Shown one piece after another: positions 61,100 to 64,000 of a stretch of 64,000 nucleotides of DNA (within the stretch, counting starts at the first letter, position 1; every line of letters starts with the position of its first letter). The position numbers and the translations under genes were made by a program. The DNA comes from Eutreptiella sp. 'Long Island Sound 2002' (Eukaryota; Protista; Euglenida): contig OZ038378.1 in assembly GCA_964036045.1 (NCBI GenBank), positions 200,136,001-200,200,000 of the forward strand, written 5' to 3'. The notes under the pieces were generated by a model. It worked only from the letters and a program-made list of their open reading frames with translations. It had not been told where the DNA came from and made no database searches.

Positions 61100-63700
61100 T
61101 CATCCTGCTGTCAGGATGATGCGCCGCCGCGATAGGACAGCGGCTTTGGTGCCGTCACATGCAGCCGGGTCCCGTCCATAGCCTTCTCCCGGGAAAAGGA
61201 ATAGTCGCGGAAACAGCGCTCCGTGCCCCGTCTGCCATCCGCTGTCCGACCCCCAACGGACACCGGCATACCTGCAGCCCCAGCGGTGCCTGTGCGCTGG
61301 ACCCCCCCTTTTCACAGCTCCGCTCCACCGGCACGCGGAAGCGGCAGGTGGGGCACGCCGGACACGCGCGTCGGGTGTGGGATGGGGGTGTGGGGGGTGT
61401 GCCCCTGAAAGGCAACACATCGGCCTCAACAGAGGAGTTCCATGGCCTCGTTTCCAGAAATGACGGCACCAAACACGTCCTCCGTCGTGTTTTGGACAGG
61501 GCACTGTTCCCGCGGGGGGGGGGGGGGGCGGGGGGCTGGGGGCAGCTGGAGCACGGCATCCTCTCCCTCTCGTCTTCCCCTATGGCCCCAGGGCTCCTTT
61601 TAAAAGGGGGTGGGGGGGTGGGTCTGGGGGGGTTTTGGCATGACGCCAAGGTGTGATGATCTCGCCTGCAGCTGGCGGCGCCTACTGGCCGATCGCCGTT
61701 CGCTGCCCTTCCCTTGGACCCTTTCCCTCCATCGGCGGTGGTGCCCATCGGCTTCTCACCACCTTTTGACCGTCCTCTTCCTCCGTGCCCTAACCTTCCC
61801 TCTCCCCTTCCCTCTCCCTTCCCTTTCCCTTCCCTTGGCCTTTCCCTCCGTAGGCCGCAGTGCCCATCGGCCTCACCACACTCCTTCCCTTCCCATTCCC
61901 TTGGTCGGTTGTGTGTGGGTCTGGGGGGGGGGGGGGGGGCCTTCCCAAGCGGTACTGAGGCGTGAAAGGCGCCGAAGAAAATTTTTGATTGGCGGAAGGC
62001 TCGGACACTTTGGCCCAATCTTTTAAGGGGCGGGCGGGGGGTGTCCCCCCACCCCCCCCCCCTTACCCATGTAGCACCAACCACGTCCTCTGAGCGGGGC
62101 TGATTGGCCCTCAAAAGCGCCATTTTGGGCTTGTTTGCCTTTTTAGTGTGCACAAGTTGGTCGGCCTGTAGCCGCCACTTGTTGTGTTGGTTCAGACGGT
62201 GGTCCCATTCCACATTTTCCTTCCACACGGCCCCTCTGACCAATGACGGGGGGTCCCGGGTGCCGAGTTGTTACAAGGAGCCCTGCACGGCCCTCACAAA
62301 AGTGAAACCCCCCCGTCCTTGACCCCCGGTCCACTCCGTCGTCATGGGGCAGGCCCTCGCCGGCTGCCAGGCGACGGCCGCCGCATGCGCTGCGGCCCGC
62401 GGGGGATATCAGGCACGCGGGTCCCGCTCGCCCCCTCAAAGAGGGGGTTGTCGGGCGAGGCCACAGGGGGGGGCACAGCCGCGCGCGGTGGCCGATCTGT
62501 GACGTGCTGTGGGGGCACTGCACAACGGGGCCTTCGAGCGGCCTTTTCCGACGCCGTGCCTTTGGAACGACCGCTGGTGCCCCAGCGCAGCCGTGCGTTG
62601 GGCTGCGTGGCCACAGCCGATCCCCGGGCCCGAGGCGGGGCTTTGGGGCCACACCAATCGAGACCGGAAACGGTTCAGACGTGTCAGCGGATCGACGACT
62701 CGGGGGGGGGGGGGGGGCTGACTGCAGCCCCGACGGACTGTACTCCTCTGCAACGCCGAAGGCGGTGGCGGGGGACCCGATCACACGCGGTCCGCTCTGT
62801 GCAGACGCGCGGTGCTGGGGTGTGCAGCGGAATGGGGCTGCTCCATGCGGCCGGGGCTCGGCGGGGGCGTGCCAGGGCACGGCACATGGACAAGGGAGTC
62901 CATTGGATGAGGAGCGGCGCCTCTTGGGACGGGGCACAAGGGGGGGCTGCAGCCCTGCCAGCGACCCGAGTGCCCGTGCCCCTGCGGGACCGAGCGTCTT
63001 CAAATGGTCAGGCCGGATCGACGTGTGCAGAGCTGTGCAGGGGTAGTCGCGCCCTGGGGCACGGGGAAATGGCGTCTCCACATCAAATCTTCCCGATTGA
63101 AGTGGGACGCAGGATTGCGTGTTGATCCGAGAATGCCCTCAGCACCCCCTTTGGGCCTCGGACGGGGAATTCAAGGGACGATCCGCGGGGACTTTCAGAG
63201 GTCATTTCACGGTTTGGTCACCGCCACGTCTGCTGCCATGGCCGAGGCACTGGTGGGGCTTTGGAGGAGGAGGTAAAGGGGGATGAACATGCGGAGTGAT
63301 GGGGGGTGGGGGCCAACGATTAGAAAGTGCAGTAAATCGGACCGCAAACGGATACCAATGGCAGGAAAATTGGGCAAAATGGAAGGAATAGGGCGGACGC
63401 AGGGGAATCGGGGACATGGGGCAGAACGGGTCCCGAGGGGCCTGGGCTGGGAGAGTCTGAGGATGCTTCAAGAAGTACAGGAAAGTACTGACTGCCGTCC
63501 CGAAGCGTCGCAGAAGCAACACACAACATGTGTGCGGCCCAGAAAGGGTCATGGCGTACACACTGAGCGGAACGGAGGACAAATGTGACGGGCCCGAACA
63601 GTGGGGGGTCACACAGGCAAGAACAAGGCCACCGTATGTCCCCCCGCCGCACGCAAACTGTGCAACTGGGACACCACACCCTCGTGTCTTGCTTCACTTA
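61100..63700. repeat. Cluster of GC-rich, poly(G/C)-containing interspersed repeats
   Basis: Low-complexity ORFs in all frames, poly-G/C runs, no coherent protein. Family assignment is from recollection only. Confidence 0.45.
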
Positions 63701-64000
63701 TCTCACCAAACCCCGCAGATCTTAGGGCTATTTCTGCGGGCGCACACAGACACGCAGAACCGCGTGGGGGGCACGGCAGAATTGACAGGGAACCCCCGTA
63801 CCCAACTCTGACCCCTTGCGAACACAGACGGCCCCCTTTGCCATCAGAAATCACTGTGGGCCTGGTAACAAACCAATCAAATGCACAGATGGCCAGACCG
63901 CTGTGACACTCAAGTCTCGCGGCCGTCACCCAAGGAAGGCCCACAGGATGAGGTGTGCCCACAAAGCACTTCCCGCCAACACCAGCTGCACCACAAATGC

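Noticed and set aside
61155-63125. Long ORFs of 285-362 aa
   Set aside because: They run through GC-rich interspersed repeats and poly-G/C runs, with no protein-like composition.

Overview
Eukaryotic, intron- and repeat-rich DNA. It best fits a euglenid: TTAGGG/CCCTAA motifs, a euglenozoan-looking Rieske protein preceded by a trans-splice-type acceptor, small exons in kb-size introns, and candidate non-conventional introns. The repeat vocabulary resembles Eutreptiella-type sequence, but that is from memory, not a search. (1) 1-9481 is a head-to-tail array of three diverged non-LTR retrotransposon copies. Each keeps an identical poly(A)-less 3' end (...TTAATAGTACA) fused directly to the 5'-truncated body of the next copy. 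The 3' UTR carries telomere-like CTAACC repeats and a GNRA hairpin, and the ORF ends in a duplicated Cys/His motif I do not recognise. (2) 31.2-32.6 kb is a frameshifted PIF/Harbinger/ISL2EU-like (DDE_Tnp_4-type) transposase with a C-terminal Cys-rich finger, directly preceded by an alternating 48/46-bp satellite containing TTGGGGTTAGGG. The same satellite recurs at 18-19 kb. (3) 48412-49170 is an intronless cytochrome bc1 Rieske gene, the only host gene I can name. (4) Scattered exons of several unidentified multi-exon genes, MITE/foldback elements, microsatellites and an AT-rich decayed island (about 52-55.8 kb) fill the rest. No rRNA, tRNA or CRISPR array was recognised. Exon calls were made by eye and are tentative, and homopolymer frameshifts may be assembly errors.
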